Notes: generated by a model from the sequence alone, not told the origin. A stretch of 64,000 nt of DNA from Spirochaetota bacterium (GCA_043803405.1 JAZDKB010000019.1:224001-288000); one strand, 5' to 3'. Shown: positions 49,139 through 60,273, counted from the stretch's first letter. Translations and numbers: made by a program.

Positions 49139-50965
49139 CTATTTGTTTTTATGAAAGAACTCGTATATTATTTGCGCGCTTTTTTTGCCTATGCCGGGCA
49201 AAGCGAACAGCTCTTCCAGAGAAGCTGCTTTTATTTTTTCTACGGATCCTAAATGTTTTAATAATAGCTTCTTTCTTTTTTCCCCGATGTCAGGTATATC
49301 ATCAATAATCGATTTTTTGAAATCCTTCGCCCTTATTTTTTTATGATATTCAATCGCAAACCTGTGCGCTTCATCGCGTATGTTTTGAATTATTTTTAAA
49401 GCAGGCGATGTTTTATCGAGAACTATGGGTTCTGCCGAATGTTCCGTAAACAGTTCTTCAAAGCGCTTCGCGATTGCTGCGACAGCCACATCAGCGCCGA
49501 GCGCATTTTTTACTTCGAGCGCCCTGCCGAGCTGACCCTTGCCGCCGTCTACTAAAATCAGGTCGGGCATTTGCTTTTCTTCGTTAAGAATATGCTGCAA
49601 CCTTCGTGCAACTGCTTCATGAATCATGGCCGGGTCGTTTGGCGAATCGTACGCTTTTATCCTGTACCTTCTGTAATTTGACTTGTCCGGCGCTCCTTCT
49701 TTAAAGCGAACCATGGAGGCAACCGCGTTCCTGCCCTGAAGGTTGGAGATATCGAAACATTCTATAATTGCAGGCAGGGATTTTAGCGAAAGAACCTCCT
49801 TAAGCTCCAGCAGCCCTCTGCTTTTATCGCGGCTCATCTGTTCAGAGAGCCTGTCTGCGGCAATAACATCAAGGTTTCTTTGAATCATTCTGATAATGCC
49901 GTTGTCTTCCGTTGTTTTAGAAACAGATAACTTTACTTTTTTTGAGCTCAGTTTCGATAAATATTCTTCAACAAGTTCTTTATCCTTGATTTTATACTGG
50001 GAAATAATTCTGGGCGGAGGCTGCATATTTTTATAATAATCAATAATAAATGATTTTATTATTTCTTCTTTGCCGGAAAAGTCGATGTTTTCAAAAACAG
50101 AGATTTTTCTGCCAAGCAGCACGCCGTTCCGGAATTCAAAAATATTTATTATCGCTTCTTTCTCATGAATTAGCAGGCCGATGTAATCCTTGTCTGTTCC
50201 TATAGGAGTGTAAACTTTTTGAGTTTCCGATATTTTACGGACATCGAAAATAATATCCCTTATCCTTGCAGCGTTCTCGTATTCCTGCGCTTCTGAGTAC
50301 TTTGCCATCAGATCATTCAGCTCATTCATTACTGGCTGTATTTTCCCTTCCAGAAAACTAATGGCATTCTCAACGATCTTCAAGTATTCTTCCCGCCTAA
50401 TGCTCCCGCTACACAGGCCGCTGCATTTCTCCATTTGAAAGTTGAGGCATGGCCTTTCGTTTGTTTTTAAAGGCAGCTCCTTTTTACAGAGCCGGAGTTT
50501 GAATATGGCATTGATCGTAGCTACAATTGACCTTGCAGCCGAGGCATCGGTATACGGTCCGAAAAACCGGTCGCTGTTTTGTAAAAGCCTGCGGGTGATT
50601 ATAACACGCGGGTATACTTCGCTGAGTGTAACAGCGATGTACGGGTATCTTTTATCATCCTTAAGCCTTATGTTGTATTTGGGTTTGTATTTTTTTATTA
50701 ATGTGCTTTCGAGAATAAGCGCTTCTATTTCGGAATCCGTTATTACGTATTCAAAATCGTCTATATTACGGACAAGTATTCTTAATTTGGGATCGCTGTT
50801 GAATTTTTGAGCTGTAGTCTGAAAATATGAAGATACCCTTTTTTTTAGAGAAGCAGCTTTACCGACATATATTATATTGCCGGCGGAATCTTTCATGAGA
50901 TACACTCCGGGATCTACCGGAGCATCTGCGGCTTTATTTTTTAATTTCAGGAGAGGATTGTGCAT
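49139..50965 (-). CDS. uvrC: Excinuclease ABC subunit C
   Basis: GVY...YVGKA GIY-YIG, ECFDISN, DGGKGQ, RDEAHRFA, C-terminal HhH. Confidence 0.97.
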   Translation of the reverse strand: MHNPLLKLKNKAADAPVDPGVYLMKDSAGNIIYVGKAASLKKRVSSYFQTTAQKFNSDPKLRILVRNIDDFEYVITDSEIEALILESTLIKKYKPKYNIRLKDDKRYPYIAVTLSEVYPRVIITRRLLQNSDRFFGPYTDASAARSIVATINAIFKLRLCKKELPLKTNERPCLNFQMEKCSGLCSGSIRREEYLKIVENAISFLEGKIQPVMNELNDLMAKYSEAQEYENAARIRDIIFDVRKISETQKVYTPIGTDKDYIGLLIHEKEAIINIFEFRNGVLLGRKISVFENIDFSGKEEIIKSFIIDYYKNMQPPPRIISQYKIKDKELVEEYLSKLSSKKVKLSVSKTTEDNGIIRMIQRNLDVIAADRLSEQMSRDKSRGLLELKEVLSLKSLPAIIECFDISNLQGRNAVASMVRFKEGAPDKSNYRRYRIKAYDSPNDPAMIHEAVARRLQHILNEEKQMPDLILVDGGKGQLGRALEVKNALGADVAVAAIAKRFEELFTEHSAEPIVLDKTSPALKIIQNIRDEAHRFAIEYHKKIRAKDFKKSIIDDIPDIGEKRKKLLLKHLGSVEKIKAASLEELFALPGIGKKSAQIIYEFFHKNK

Positions 50966-52067
50966 TTTTTTTCTGCGATTCCTGCAGCCTTTTTACTTTC
51001 GTGATGTAGTCGAGCGTAATTTCATGTCCCGGGTTGATTTCCAGCGCTTTATTGAACATATTTATGGAAAGATCGAACTCTTTGTTCTTTGCATACGCGA
51101 CACCAAGATTAAAGCTGCTGCCGAATGCATTCGGCCTTGTAATTGTAAGCGTCTTGAAAACAGCTATGGCATCGCTGATGTTTTGTTCTTTAAGGAATTT
51201 AACGCCCTGTTTAAACAGTTCCCCTGTGAAATCTTTTTTTAATTTCAGCTCGGAAAATATACCATTAAAGGAATAAGCGAGCTCGTTAAGATCGTCATCT
51301 TTTACCGGCCCAAGTCCGGCATCAAGCGAGCCTTCGGCGGCTTTTTTTAAATGGCCGGAAAGATTTTTAATAAGCATTGAAAAGTTATAATTAAAAAGCA
51401 AAGTTGTTATTATCACAATAATTACTGCGCAACCGGCTATTATTATTGAGAATCTTTTAATATTATTTATTTTTTCGGAATACTCATTCATTGTGTTTAT
51501 TACTTCCGAACTGGAAACAATAAATTCAATAACATAGTCATAGGAATTAATTTTAAAAGGATGATAAACGGTTTTATAATAGATATTATTTGAGAAATAA
51601 ACGGCAGGATCAATTACCGGTTTTAGCAGTCCCGCTTTCAGGTAATTGATTTCTTTTCTTTCCTGTACGGATTCATTGCTTTCTGCCTGTATTTTTATCA
51701 ACGGATTTAAAGATATCTTCTTCTGGATCCTGAAATAATTTTCATCTGCTGTTTTTGAAAATATTATAATATATAAATAATCGCTGTCCCTTGAACAGTA
51801 TTTTTTGAGCTTTTTGGAGAGCTCTTTAAGGTTCTTGACATCATCAGATATTCCTTCCGCAGCAAGACTTGCCTTTTTTAAAAAATACGAGTCATTGTTT
51901 TTTAATACTATTTCTTTTAAAATGTTTGAATTTATTTTTAGGATATAAAAAAAAGAAAGAACTATTAATATAATTATAACAGAATAAACTACGGAAATTG
52001 TCAGGACAAATCTTGTGGATACGGCAGACCTTCTTTTCAGCATAAATTCTATCCTGTGCAGGACCAA
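50934..52067 (-). CDS. 2-TM membrane protein with periplasmic domain, HAMP and C-terminal TPR
   Basis: Two TMs, DDDLNELAYSFN HAMP motif, FNLGVAYAK...ALEINP TPR; overlaps the uvrC start. Confidence 0.75.
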   Translation of the reverse strand: MVLHRIEFMLKRRSAVSTRFVLTISVVYSVIIILIVLSFFYILKINSNILKEIVLKNNDSYFLKKASLAAEGISDDVKNLKELSKKLKKYCSRDSDYLYIIIFSKTADENYFRIQKKISLNPLIKIQAESNESVQERKEINYLKAGLLKPVIDPAVYFSNNIYYKTVYHPFKINSYDYVIEFIVSSSEVINTMNEYSEKINNIKRFSIIIAGCAVIIVIITTLLFNYNFSMLIKNLSGHLKKAAEGSLDAGLGPVKDDDLNELAYSFNGIFSELKLKKDFTGELFKQGVKFLKEQNISDAIAVFKTLTITRPNAFGSSFNLGVAYAKNKEFDLSINMFNKALEINPGHEITLDYITKVKRLQESQKKNAQSSPEIKK

Positions 52068-52539
52068 TATATTTATTTTTACCTGAACTCAAAAATAACC
52101 GGCGCCTTAAAAATTTGTCAAATTTAAAGATCGTAATTTTGAGATGAGTTCTATTACAGGCAAAATAGTGAAAATTCTTTGTATATAAGACAAGCAAAAT
52201 AATCGGCCGGCGAAATAGCTTGTCAGATACAATTTACTCGTTCAATTCAGAACAAAATGACGTATTAATTGCAAGTAGAATAGCTTTTCATTATAATTGT
52301 TTTCTATTTTTTTTTAAAAAAGGATTGATAAAAACCGGTATTTTCTTTGTAGTTCCAACAAATATTGACTAATCTTAATATAGAAGAGAAAGTTATTATA
52401 TCTCCGATAAAAACTTGGGGGTTTATTCCCTGCCAGCGGCTCGGGATGTCCGGTTTTATAATAACTTTTAAATTTATTTAAGTATCAATTAACATAATAC
52501 ATTTTATGTTCAATAGGTCTACTATAAGGGAGAATAATT

Positions 52540-53364
52540 ATGGCAAAGATTGTAAAAAGGAAAGATCTGGCAGCTGAAGTAGTTTTAATGGAACTTGAAG
52601 CTCCGGAAATAGCCAAAAAGCGCAAGCCGGGTCAATTCATTATTCTGCGTGTTAATGAGCAGGGGGAAAGGATCCCGCTCACAATTGCCGATTCGGATCC
52701 GGATGCAGGCACAATTACAATTATATTTCAGGTGGTCGGAAAAACCACTATGCAGTTAAGGGATCTGCGCGTTGGCGATCAGGTTGCTGATCTGGCCGGC
52801 CCCCTGGGCACTGCGACACATATTAAGAATTTCGGGACTGCGGTTACGATCGGCGGCGGTGTGGGGACCGCGGTAATTTATCCGATTGCAATGGGTTTAA
52901 AAAAGGCCGGGAATAATCTTGTTTCAATTATAGGGGCGCGCACAAAAAGTCTGCTGATCCTCACTGAAGAGATGGAAAAGATCAGCAACCGCCTGGTAGT
53001 AGCAACGGACGACGGCAGTTTCGGCGTACACGGATTTGTTACGGACGTATTAAAACAGGTAATGAACGAAGGAGTAAAACCGGATATTATTTATGCCATT
53101 GGGCCATTGCCCATGATGAAAGCCGTGGCAAACGTAACCAGGCCTCTGGGCATTAAAACAATTGTCAGCCTTAATCCGATAATGATAGACGGCACTGGAA
53201 TGTGCGGCGGCTGCAGGGTGAGCGTAAAGGGACAGACAAAGTTTGCATGTGTTGACGGGCCGGAATTCGACGCTCACGAAGTAGACTTCGATAATCTCGG
53301 CCAGAGATTAAAAGTCTATAACGAACAGGAAAAGGAATCCTGCAGGATTTTCGGCAAAGGTTAA
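52540..53364 (+). CDS. nfnA: NfnA (electron-bifurcating transhydrogenase small subunit)
   Basis: GERIPLT, GPLG, GGGVG, DGTGMCGGCR...CVDGPEF; adjacent to the GltD-like large subunit. Confidence 0.88.
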   Translation: MAKIVKRKDLAAEVVLMELEAPEIAKKRKPGQFIILRVNEQGERIPLTIADSDPDAGTITIIFQVVGKTTMQLRDLRVGDQVADLAGPLGTATHIKNFGTAVTIGGGVGTAVIYPIAMGLKKAGNNLVSIIGARTKSLLILTEEMEKISNRLVVATDDGSFGVHGFVTDVLKQVMNEGVKPDIIYAIGPLPMMKAVANVTRPLGIKTIVSLNPIMIDGTGMCGGCRVSVKGQTKFACVDGPEFDAHEVDFDNLGQRLKVYNEQEKESCRIFGKG

Positions 53365-53431
53365 AATAATATCATAAAAATTATTTTTTAATTACTAATA
53401 ATAAATTTAGAAAAGTCTAAGGAGAATATAA

Positions 53432-54859
53432 ATGGTTGCTGAACAAAAGGAAACTAAACCCAAGAAGGAACGCATACCCAGGCAGGCCATGCCTGAGCAG
53501 AAGCCTGAGGTTAGAAAAAGAAATTTTGACGAGGTTCCATTCGGTTATACGCCTGAACTTGCTCAGAAGGAAGCGGCACGCTGCCTGCAATGCAAAAAAC
53601 CGAAATGCGTTGAGGGATGCCCTGTAAATATTTACATACCTGATTTTATTAAGCTGATTGCTGAAGGAAAATTCACGGAATCTGCACGTAAGATAAAAGA
53701 AGAGAACGCTCTGCCTGCAGTTTGCGGCCGTGTATGTCCGCAGGAAGTTCAATGTGAAGGCCTGTGCATACTGGGCGCTAAAGGCAAAGATAAACCTGTG
53801 GCTATTGGAAATCTTGAAAGATTCGCAGCAGACTGGGAAAGAGATCATAAGGAAGTCACTGTTCCCAACATACAAAAATCCACAGGCAAACGCATTGCGG
53901 TGGTCGGTTCCGGGCCTGCCGGCCTTACTGTTGCAGGCGAGCTTAGAAAGTTAGGGCACGAAGTGACAGTATTTGAAGCTCTGCATAAATCCGGCGGAGT
54001 TCTTGTTTACGGGATCCCGGAATTTCGTCTGCCTAAAGCAATTGTTCAGTCCGAGGTTGATTACCTGAGCAAGATGGGCATTAAAGTAGTAAATAATTAC
54101 ATAGTAGGCAACACGCGCACTGTTGATGAGCTTTTTGCCGACGGTTATGACGCTATATTCGTAGGCGCCGGCGCCGGCGCCCCGATGTTTCTGAATATAC
54201 CGGGCGAAAACCTGAACGGCGTGTTTTCTGCAAACGAATATCTTACCCGTTCGAACCTGATGAAAGCGTATAAGTTCCCTGAATATGATACGCCTATCAT
54301 CAAAGGCAAACGCGTTGCGACAATAGGCGGCGGAAATGTCGCTATGGATTCTGCGAGAACAGCGCTTCGTCTGGGAGCCGAAGAATCGTACATTGTGTAC
54401 AGAAGATCTATGGACGAGCTGCCTGCGCGTATTGCTGAAATTCACCATGCGGAGCAGGAAGGCATCAATTTCAAAATTCTTACTCTGCCTACAAAGATTT
54501 TGGGCGACGAGAGAGGATTCGTGAAAGGCATGGAGTGCCTGAGAATGGAACTCGGCGAACCGGATGAATCCGGCCGCAGACGTCCCGTGCCTGTTAAGGG
54601 TTCGGAATTTATTATCGATGTCGATACTGTTGTTGTAGCGATCGGGAATACTCCGAATCCGCTAATTCCTTCCACTACTCCGGATATTAAAACCACGAAA
54701 CATGGTACAATTATCACCCAGGAAGGAACAGGCGGCCTTACGACAAAACCGAAAGTCTATGCAGGAGGCGACGTTGTTACAGGCGCTGCCACGGTTATTC
54801 TGGCTATGGGCGCAGGCAAAATAGCTGCAAAGGCTATTGATGATATGCTTAAATCATAA
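53432..54859 (+). CDS. nfnB: NfnB (GltD-like large subunit)
   Basis: RCLQCKKPKCVEGCP, CGRVCPQEVQCE, GSGPAG, GGGNVAMD, YRR; no gltB nearby. Confidence 0.85.
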   Translation: MVAEQKETKPKKERIPRQAMPEQKPEVRKRNFDEVPFGYTPELAQKEAARCLQCKKPKCVEGCPVNIYIPDFIKLIAEGKFTESARKIKEENALPAVCGRVCPQEVQCEGLCILGAKGKDKPVAIGNLERFAADWERDHKEVTVPNIQKSTGKRIAVVGSGPAGLTVAGELRKLGHEVTVFEALHKSGGVLVYGIPEFRLPKAIVQSEVDYLSKMGIKVVNNYIVGNTRTVDELFADGYDAIFVGAGAGAPMFLNIPGENLNGVFSANEYLTRSNLMKAYKFPEYDTPIIKGKRVATIGGGNVAMDSARTALRLGAEESYIVYRRSMDELPARIAEIHHAEQEGINFKILTLPTKILGDERGFVKGMECLRMELGEPDESGRRRPVPVKGSEFIIDVDTVVVAIGNTPNPLIPSTTPDIKTTKHGTIITQEGTGGLTTKPKVYAGGDVVTGAATVILAMGAGKIAAKAIDDMLKS

Positions 54860-54883
54860 CGGAAAAACTAAATAGTTTTATAC

Positions 54884-54921
54884 AAAAAAACCTTCCGGGT
54901 ATTATTCCGGAAGGTTTTTTT
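54884..54921. terminator. Bidirectional intrinsic terminator
   Basis: aaaaaaaccttccgg-gtattatt-ccggaaggttttttt. Confidence 0.85.
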
Positions 54922-54945
54922 ATTATTAAGTTTTCGAATTGGTTT

Positions 54946-56286
54946 TTATAATATCTTTTCAGGATTTTCATGATTCCAGTCATACATCTTTGCGGATTTT
55001 ATTCCGTCGCCTTCGTTGCAGAAAAACATGCCTATTATGCCGATTACAAAAAATACTCCGGTTGCAAGGATTGCGAAGCGCTGGTTTCCGTCTGTTGCCA
55101 GCACTAAGAGCCCGAATGTCATTGGCCCGATTATGGCGCCGATTTTGCCGGCAAGTCCCCAGAAGCCGAAAAACTCGCCGGACTTGGATTCGGGCGAGAA
55201 AAGCCCTACCATTGCCCTTGACGCGCTCTGTGTTGAACCGAGGGCCAGTCCCGCAATATTGGCCAGCATCCAGAAGCTGTTTTTCGTGTAAGCAAAATAC
55301 GCCCACGTTACGGTTGCCAGCCATAACAGCAGGGTAATTATTATTGTCTTTTTTGAGCCTATCTTATCCTGTATAAAACCGAAAATAAATGCCCCGACCG
55401 AAGCAGTCACATTTACAATAATAATAAGAATAATATTTTCTTCAATAGTGAAATCCAGAACATGGACTGCATAAATTGCAGCGAATGTAATTACTACCAT
55501 TACACCCGAATTAAAAATCAGGAAAATGATAAGAAATTTTATCAGCTCTTTAAATTGTTTTACGCTTTGATAAGTTTCGTGAAGGCGTTTAAATCCTATT
55601 GTAAAATAATTATAATCCTGCGGCATTTTTTCCGTGCACTTTCGTTCTTTTAACCACAGAAAAGTCGGGATAGCTCCAAGGCCGAAAAATGCGGCAGAGA
55701 CGAGAGCTGAAAGTCTTATCGGCAGGGTTTTATCATTAAGATCTTTCATAAATAGTATCAACGCCAGACAGCAGCCGAGTGATAAAAGCCCTCCCCAGTA
55801 ACCGAATGACCAGGCATAACCAGATACTTTACCCATATCTTCCCTGTCTGCAAGCTCTGGTAGAAATGCAGAGGCGAAATTTTCTCCTGAGGCAAAACCG
55901 AAATTCGATATTATGATAAGTATAATGGCAGGCACTATGTCCCCTTCCTTAATAAAAAATAAAAAAGAAGTAAATGTCACGCAGAGCAAATAGGAAGCGA
56001 AAAGAAATTTTTTCTTGGAGCCTGAAAAATCCGCTATGGCTCCCAGAATGGGCCCTGTAAGAATGACAAGGAAATAGGATATCGGGATAGCAACGCTTCC
56101 CCACAAAAATTCCCCGTATCCTTTGCCGAATAATTCTTCCGAAACGACTACGGTTACAAAGTAAGCATTGAAAACAGCAGTGATTATAATAGTAGTAAAT
56201 GACGAGTTTGCGAAATCGAACATACACCATCCGAAAATTTCTTTTGCTGTAGATTTTAATGGATTATTGCTTTTGTTTTTTATCAT
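54946..56286 (-). CDS. MFS transporter (UMF1/ATG22-like)
   Basis: WCMFDFANS, LGAIAD, GYWGG, QSASRA, EFFGFW motifs; about 12 TMs. Confidence 0.9.
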   Translation of the reverse strand: MIKNKSNNPLKSTAKEIFGWCMFDFANSSFTTIIITAVFNAYFVTVVVSEELFGKGYGEFLWGSVAIPISYFLVILTGPILGAIADFSGSKKKFLFASYLLCVTFTSFLFFIKEGDIVPAIILIIISNFGFASGENFASAFLPELADREDMGKVSGYAWSFGYWGGLLSLGCCLALILFMKDLNDKTLPIRLSALVSAAFFGLGAIPTFLWLKERKCTEKMPQDYNYFTIGFKRLHETYQSVKQFKELIKFLIIFLIFNSGVMVVITFAAIYAVHVLDFTIEENIILIIIVNVTASVGAFIFGFIQDKIGSKKTIIITLLLWLATVTWAYFAYTKNSFWMLANIAGLALGSTQSASRAMVGLFSPESKSGEFFGFWGLAGKIGAIIGPMTFGLLVLATDGNQRFAILATGVFFVIGIIGMFFCNEGDGIKSAKMYDWNHENPEKIL

Positions 56287-56494
56287 GACGGATTTCTATT
56301 TAATTGAAACTTTCTCCTTCGAATTGGCAGATTGATTTTATAAAAACCGGATAATTGAAAGATAATCGAGATAAGTGCATAATATTGCAACAACTTCTTT
56401 CTATAGCAGATAATTAAAAACTTGACAATATTATTAATTATTTTATGAGTCTATATATAGAAACAAATATTATTTTATTTAACCTGTATACTTT

Positions 56495-56773
56495 ATGAAA
56501 CAAATAAAAGAAATAGCCCGCGTGCTTGCGGTTACGGAAGATGAAAAAATAATCGAAAAATTCCTCCTAAGCCTTTTAACAAATAATGAAATCAAGGAAA
56601 TTTCTTCGAGATGGGAGCTTGTGCGGCTTCTTGATCTTGGTTTTAGCCAGAGAAAAATATCGGAGAGACTCGGCTTAAGTTTGTGTAAGATTACGCGCGG
56701 TTCAAAAGAATTAAAGAAAAAAATTTCTGCATTTAAATATATGATAGATATTCGCAATAAACTGTTTAACTAA
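56495..56773 (+). CDS. trpR: Trp repressor family protein
   Basis: LLT.NE...ISSRW...SQRKISERLGLSLCKITRGSKELK TrpR/YerC HTH; upstream of trpB2. Confidence 0.8.
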   Translation: MKQIKEIARVLAVTEDEKIIEKFLLSLLTNNEIKEISSRWELVRLLDLGFSQRKISERLGLSLCKITRGSKELKKKISAFKYMIDIRNKLFN

Positions 56774-56928
56774 TCCAATAAGTTAGTTCAGCCGGTTCTA
56801 TAATTAAAAATCATTTATAAGCCTGTATCAGCAGAAAAGTTATTATTTATTATATATTGAAAAAATATCTGCCGGGTAGGCTATATGACAAGTCATATAG
56901 CAAAAATTAAAATTACTATGAGGTCAAT

Positions 56929-58434
56929 ATGAAATCCAAATCAAAATCAACAAAAACAAAAGCAGTAAAAACAAAAACAAAAGCAAAATTAAAAGCAATA
57001 TCGAAAACGACATCTGTAAAAATTAAACCGAAAACAAACGTAAATACAGGCACAAAGGTTTTTTTAAACGAAAGCGATATACCGCGTAAATGGTATAACC
57101 TGGCAGCTGATCTTCCCAGTCCCATGCAGCCTCCATTAGGCCCGGACGGGAAACCGGTTACTCCTGATATGCTTGCTCCTGTTTTCCCGATGAACCTGAT
57201 TGAGCAGGAAGTCAGCCAGGAGAGGTGGATAAACATTCCGCAGGGCGTGCTGGAACTTCTGTACAGGTGGAGGCCATCGCCGCTTCAGAGGGCAATACAT
57301 CTTGAAAGGGCTCTCGGCACTCCGGCAAGGATTTATTTCAAGAACGAAAGCCTTTCGCCTGCCGGCAGCCATAAGCCGAATACCGCTGTGGCGCAGGCCT
57401 GGTACAATAAAGAGTTCGGCATTAAAAGGCTCACTACGGAAACAGGCGCAGGCCAGTGGGGGAGCGCTTTGTCGTTCGCGTGCTCGCTGGTAGGCCTTGA
57501 ATGCAAAGTCTTTATGGTGCGCATCAGCTTTGAGCAGAAGCCGTACAGAAAGATGATGATGCAGGTATGGGGCGGTAAATGCATACCCAGCCCGAGCACT
57601 GAGACACAGGCAGGCCGCGATATACTTGCAAAAGATCCGAATACGCCGGGAAGCCTTGGCATAGCTATAAGCGAGGCTGTTGAAGCTGCGGTCACTGATC
57701 CGACCGGGCAGACCAGATATGCACTGGGCAGCGTGCTGAACCACGTTATGCTTCATCAGACTATAATCGGGCTCGAGGCGCAAAAGCAGCTTAAAATGTT
57801 CGGCGAAAAGAAGCCGGATATTGTAATAGGATGCGCTGGCGGGGGAAGCAATTTTGCAGGCTTGTCTTTTCCGTTTGCAAACGACAAGATTCACGGTGCT
57901 AAGATAGAAATTATACCTGTAGAACCGGCATCATGCCCCACATTGACCAGGGCAAAATTTGTGTACGATCACGGCGATGTTGCAAAAATGACGCCGCTTT
58001 TGGCTATGTATTCCCTGGGACACAGCTTTATTCCTGAACCGATACATGCCGGCGGGCTGCGCTATCACGGCATGTCCCCGCTGGTTTCACAGGCCGTTGT
58101 TGAAGGCCTCATGACCCCAATGGCTATTGCGCAGAACGAATGTTTTGAAGCTGCGCTTACATTCGCCAAAACAGAAGGCATAATTGTTGCTCCTGAAACA
58201 AGCCACGCTGTCGCAGCAGTGATCAGAAAAGCAAAGGAAGCCAAAGAAGAGGGAAAATCAAAAGTGATCATATTTAATCTGAGCGGACACGGGCTTCTGG
58301 ATCTTGCGGGTTATGAGAAATATATGTCCGGGCAGCTTGCGGATCACGAAATGTCACAGGAAGAAGTTAATAACGCGATGAGCGAACTTGAAGGACTTCC
58401 GAAGCCGGCTATTAATAAAACAGGAAAATGGTAG
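56929..58434 (+). CDS. trpB2: TrpB2 (tryptophan synthase beta-like PLP enzyme) with Lys-rich N-terminal extension
   Basis: [15 protein letters not shown] (PLP Lys), [28 protein letters not shown]. Confidence 0.92.
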   Translation: MKSKSKSTKTKAVKTKTKAKLKAISKTTSVKIKPKTNVNTGTKVFLNESDIPRKWYNLAADLPSPMQPPLGPDGKPVTPDMLAPVFPMNLIEQEVSQERWINIPQGVLELLYRWRPSPLQRAIHLERALGTPARIYFKNESLSPAGSHKPNTAVAQAWYNKEFGIKRLTTETGAGQWGSALSFACSLVGLECKVFMVRISFEQKPYRKMMMQVWGGKCIPSPSTETQAGRDILAKDPNTPGSLGIAISEAVEAAVTDPTGQTRYALGSVLNHVMLHQTIIGLEAQKQLKMFGEKKPDIVIGCAGGGSNFAGLSFPFANDKIHGAKIEIIPVEPASCPTLTRAKFVYDHGDVAKMTPLLAMYSLGHSFIPEPIHAGGLRYHGMSPLVSQAVVEGLMTPMAIAQNECFEAALTFAKTEGIIVAPETSHAVAAVIRKAKEAKEEGKSKVIIFNLSGHGLLDLAGYEKYMSGQLADHEMSQEEVNNAMSELEGLPKPAINKTGKW

Positions 58435-58448
58435 TTTAAGGATAATAT

Positions 58449-60197
58449 ATGCGTCTTTCAAGATTTGTTTTACCGACCATGAAGGAAGATCCTTCGGATG
58501 CTGTTATATCGAGCCATAAGCTTATGATGAGGTCAGGGCTTATAAGAAAAGAGTCGGCAGGGATGTACATTTATCTTCCTCTCGGGTTCAGGGTATTGAG
58601 CAAGATAATAAATATTGTAAGAGAGGAAATGAACAGGGCAGGGGCTCTCGAATTTTTAATGCCGGAACTGACAAATGCGGACTTATGGAAGGAGTCCGGC
58701 AGATGGGAGACCATGGGCCCGGAAATGATAAGGATAAAGGACAGGAACGGGCTTGAGTATGTTCTTGCGCCCACGCACGAGGAAGCGTTTACATCTGCAG
58801 TCCGTTCGGTCATTTCATCCTACAGGGATCTGCCGCTGAATGCTTACCAGATAAACACAAAATTCCGCGACGAGATAAGGCCGAGATTCGGCGTTATGAG
58901 AAGCAAGGAATTTATAATGAAGGACGCATACTCGTTCGACATAGACGAGGCAGGACTGGAAGAATCCTATCAGACAATGAGAAAGACTTACAGGCGCATA
59001 TTCGAGCGGTGCGGACTTGAAACGATTCCTGTTCAGGCGGACACTGGCAGCATGGGAGGGAGCAACTCCGAGGAGTTCATGGTTGCTTCCGAAGTGGGCG
59101 AGGAAGCGCTGCTCTTATGCAAATCCTGCGAGTACAAGGCAAACCAGGAACGCGCCGAATATAAGAGAACTGTTCAGAAGAATACCGAACCTGCCTGCAA
59201 TCTTGAAACAGTCGATACCCCAAATGTAAGAACGATCGATGAACTTGCGGCTTTTTTCAACTGCTCTGCTGACAGATTTTTAAAAAGCATAATTTACCTG
59301 GCAGATAATAAGCCGGTAATGGCTGTAGTACCCGGAAGCAGGGAGATAAACGAGCTTAAGCTGAAGAATCATCTTCATGCAAATGAGCTGGAGCTTGCTC
59401 CGAATAATATAGTAGAGGAAGTAACGTCTGCGCCTGTCGGTTTTGCGGGCCCGGTCAATAAATTTAATATCAGAACAATATTCGATATTTCCGTTAAAGA
59501 TATAGCCAACGGAATAACAGGAGCAAATATTGCCGATAAGCATTATAAAAACGTAAACCCCGGAAGAGATTTCAGTATTAAGGACGAAGCCGATATAACT
59601 GTTGCTATGGAAGGCGATATGTGCCCGAAATGCGGTCAGCCCATGACAGTCAAAAGGGGAATTGAAGTCGGTCATATTTTTAAGCTTGGATACAAGTACA
59701 CAAAGTCGATGAACCTTACTGTGCTTGATCAGAACAGCAGGGAGATCCATCCGATTATGGGCTGCTACGGTATAGGCATTAACAGGACATTCGCAGCTGT
59801 CATTGAGCAGAACAATGATGAACGCGGCATTGTGTGGCCGTTATCTGTTGCGCCGTATCACATTCATCTTATCGGTATTGCCAAAACCGATGAAGAAATA
59901 AAGAGTGTTAATGAGATATATTCGAGTATACAGGATGCCGGTATAGATGTAATATACGACGACAGAAAAGCGAGCCCCGGCTACAAGTTTGCGGATGCAG
60001 ACCTTGTAGGCATTCCTGTCCGGGTCACAATCGGTAAAAATTATTTTACAAATAAAGAAATAGAGATTAAACTCAGGAGTTCGGGCGAGCTTAAAAAGAT
60101 CACCGGAGAAAATTTTATTACCTTTTTGAAGGATTTTAAAAGCTTAATCCAAAATAAAGGCATTTCTGTCCGACAAATATTTGAAAAACTAAAATAG
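58449..60197 (+). CDS. proS: Proline--tRNA ligase (bacterial type with editing insertion)
   Basis: LAPTHEE, FRDEIRPRFG, EFIMKDAYSF, GIEVGHIF, MGCYGIG. Confidence 0.97.
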   Translation: MRLSRFVLPTMKEDPSDAVISSHKLMMRSGLIRKESAGMYIYLPLGFRVLSKIINIVREEMNRAGALEFLMPELTNADLWKESGRWETMGPEMIRIKDRNGLEYVLAPTHEEAFTSAVRSVISSYRDLPLNAYQINTKFRDEIRPRFGVMRSKEFIMKDAYSFDIDEAGLEESYQTMRKTYRRIFERCGLETIPVQADTGSMGGSNSEEFMVASEVGEEALLLCKSCEYKANQERAEYKRTVQKNTEPACNLETVDTPNVRTIDELAAFFNCSADRFLKSIIYLADNKPVMAVVPGSREINELKLKNHLHANELELAPNNIVEEVTSAPVGFAGPVNKFNIRTIFDISVKDIANGITGANIADKHYKNVNPGRDFSIKDEADITVAMEGDMCPKCGQPMTVKRGIEVGHIFKLGYKYTKSMNLTVLDQNSREIHPIMGCYGIGINRTFAAVIEQNNDERGIVWPLSVAPYHIHLIGIAKTDEEIKSVNEIYSSIQDAGIDVIYDDRKASPGYKFADADLVGIPVRVTIGKNYFTNKEIEIKLRSSGELKKITGENFITFLKDFKSLIQNKGISVRQIFEKLK

Positions 60198-60273
60198 TTG
60201 ATTTATATTAAAACTGCTACCTGCTGCAACAGTTAAAAAGATAAAATTAAACCGGTATTTGTATTTTTTTTAA

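Noticed and set aside
53432..54859. Glutamate synthase small subunit
   Set aside because: Paired with an NfnA-type gene and no gltB nearby, so NfnB is the better call
56886..56933. Trp attenuator leader peptide before trpB2
   Set aside because: The mini-[18 protein letters not shown] has no Trp codons and no terminator follows
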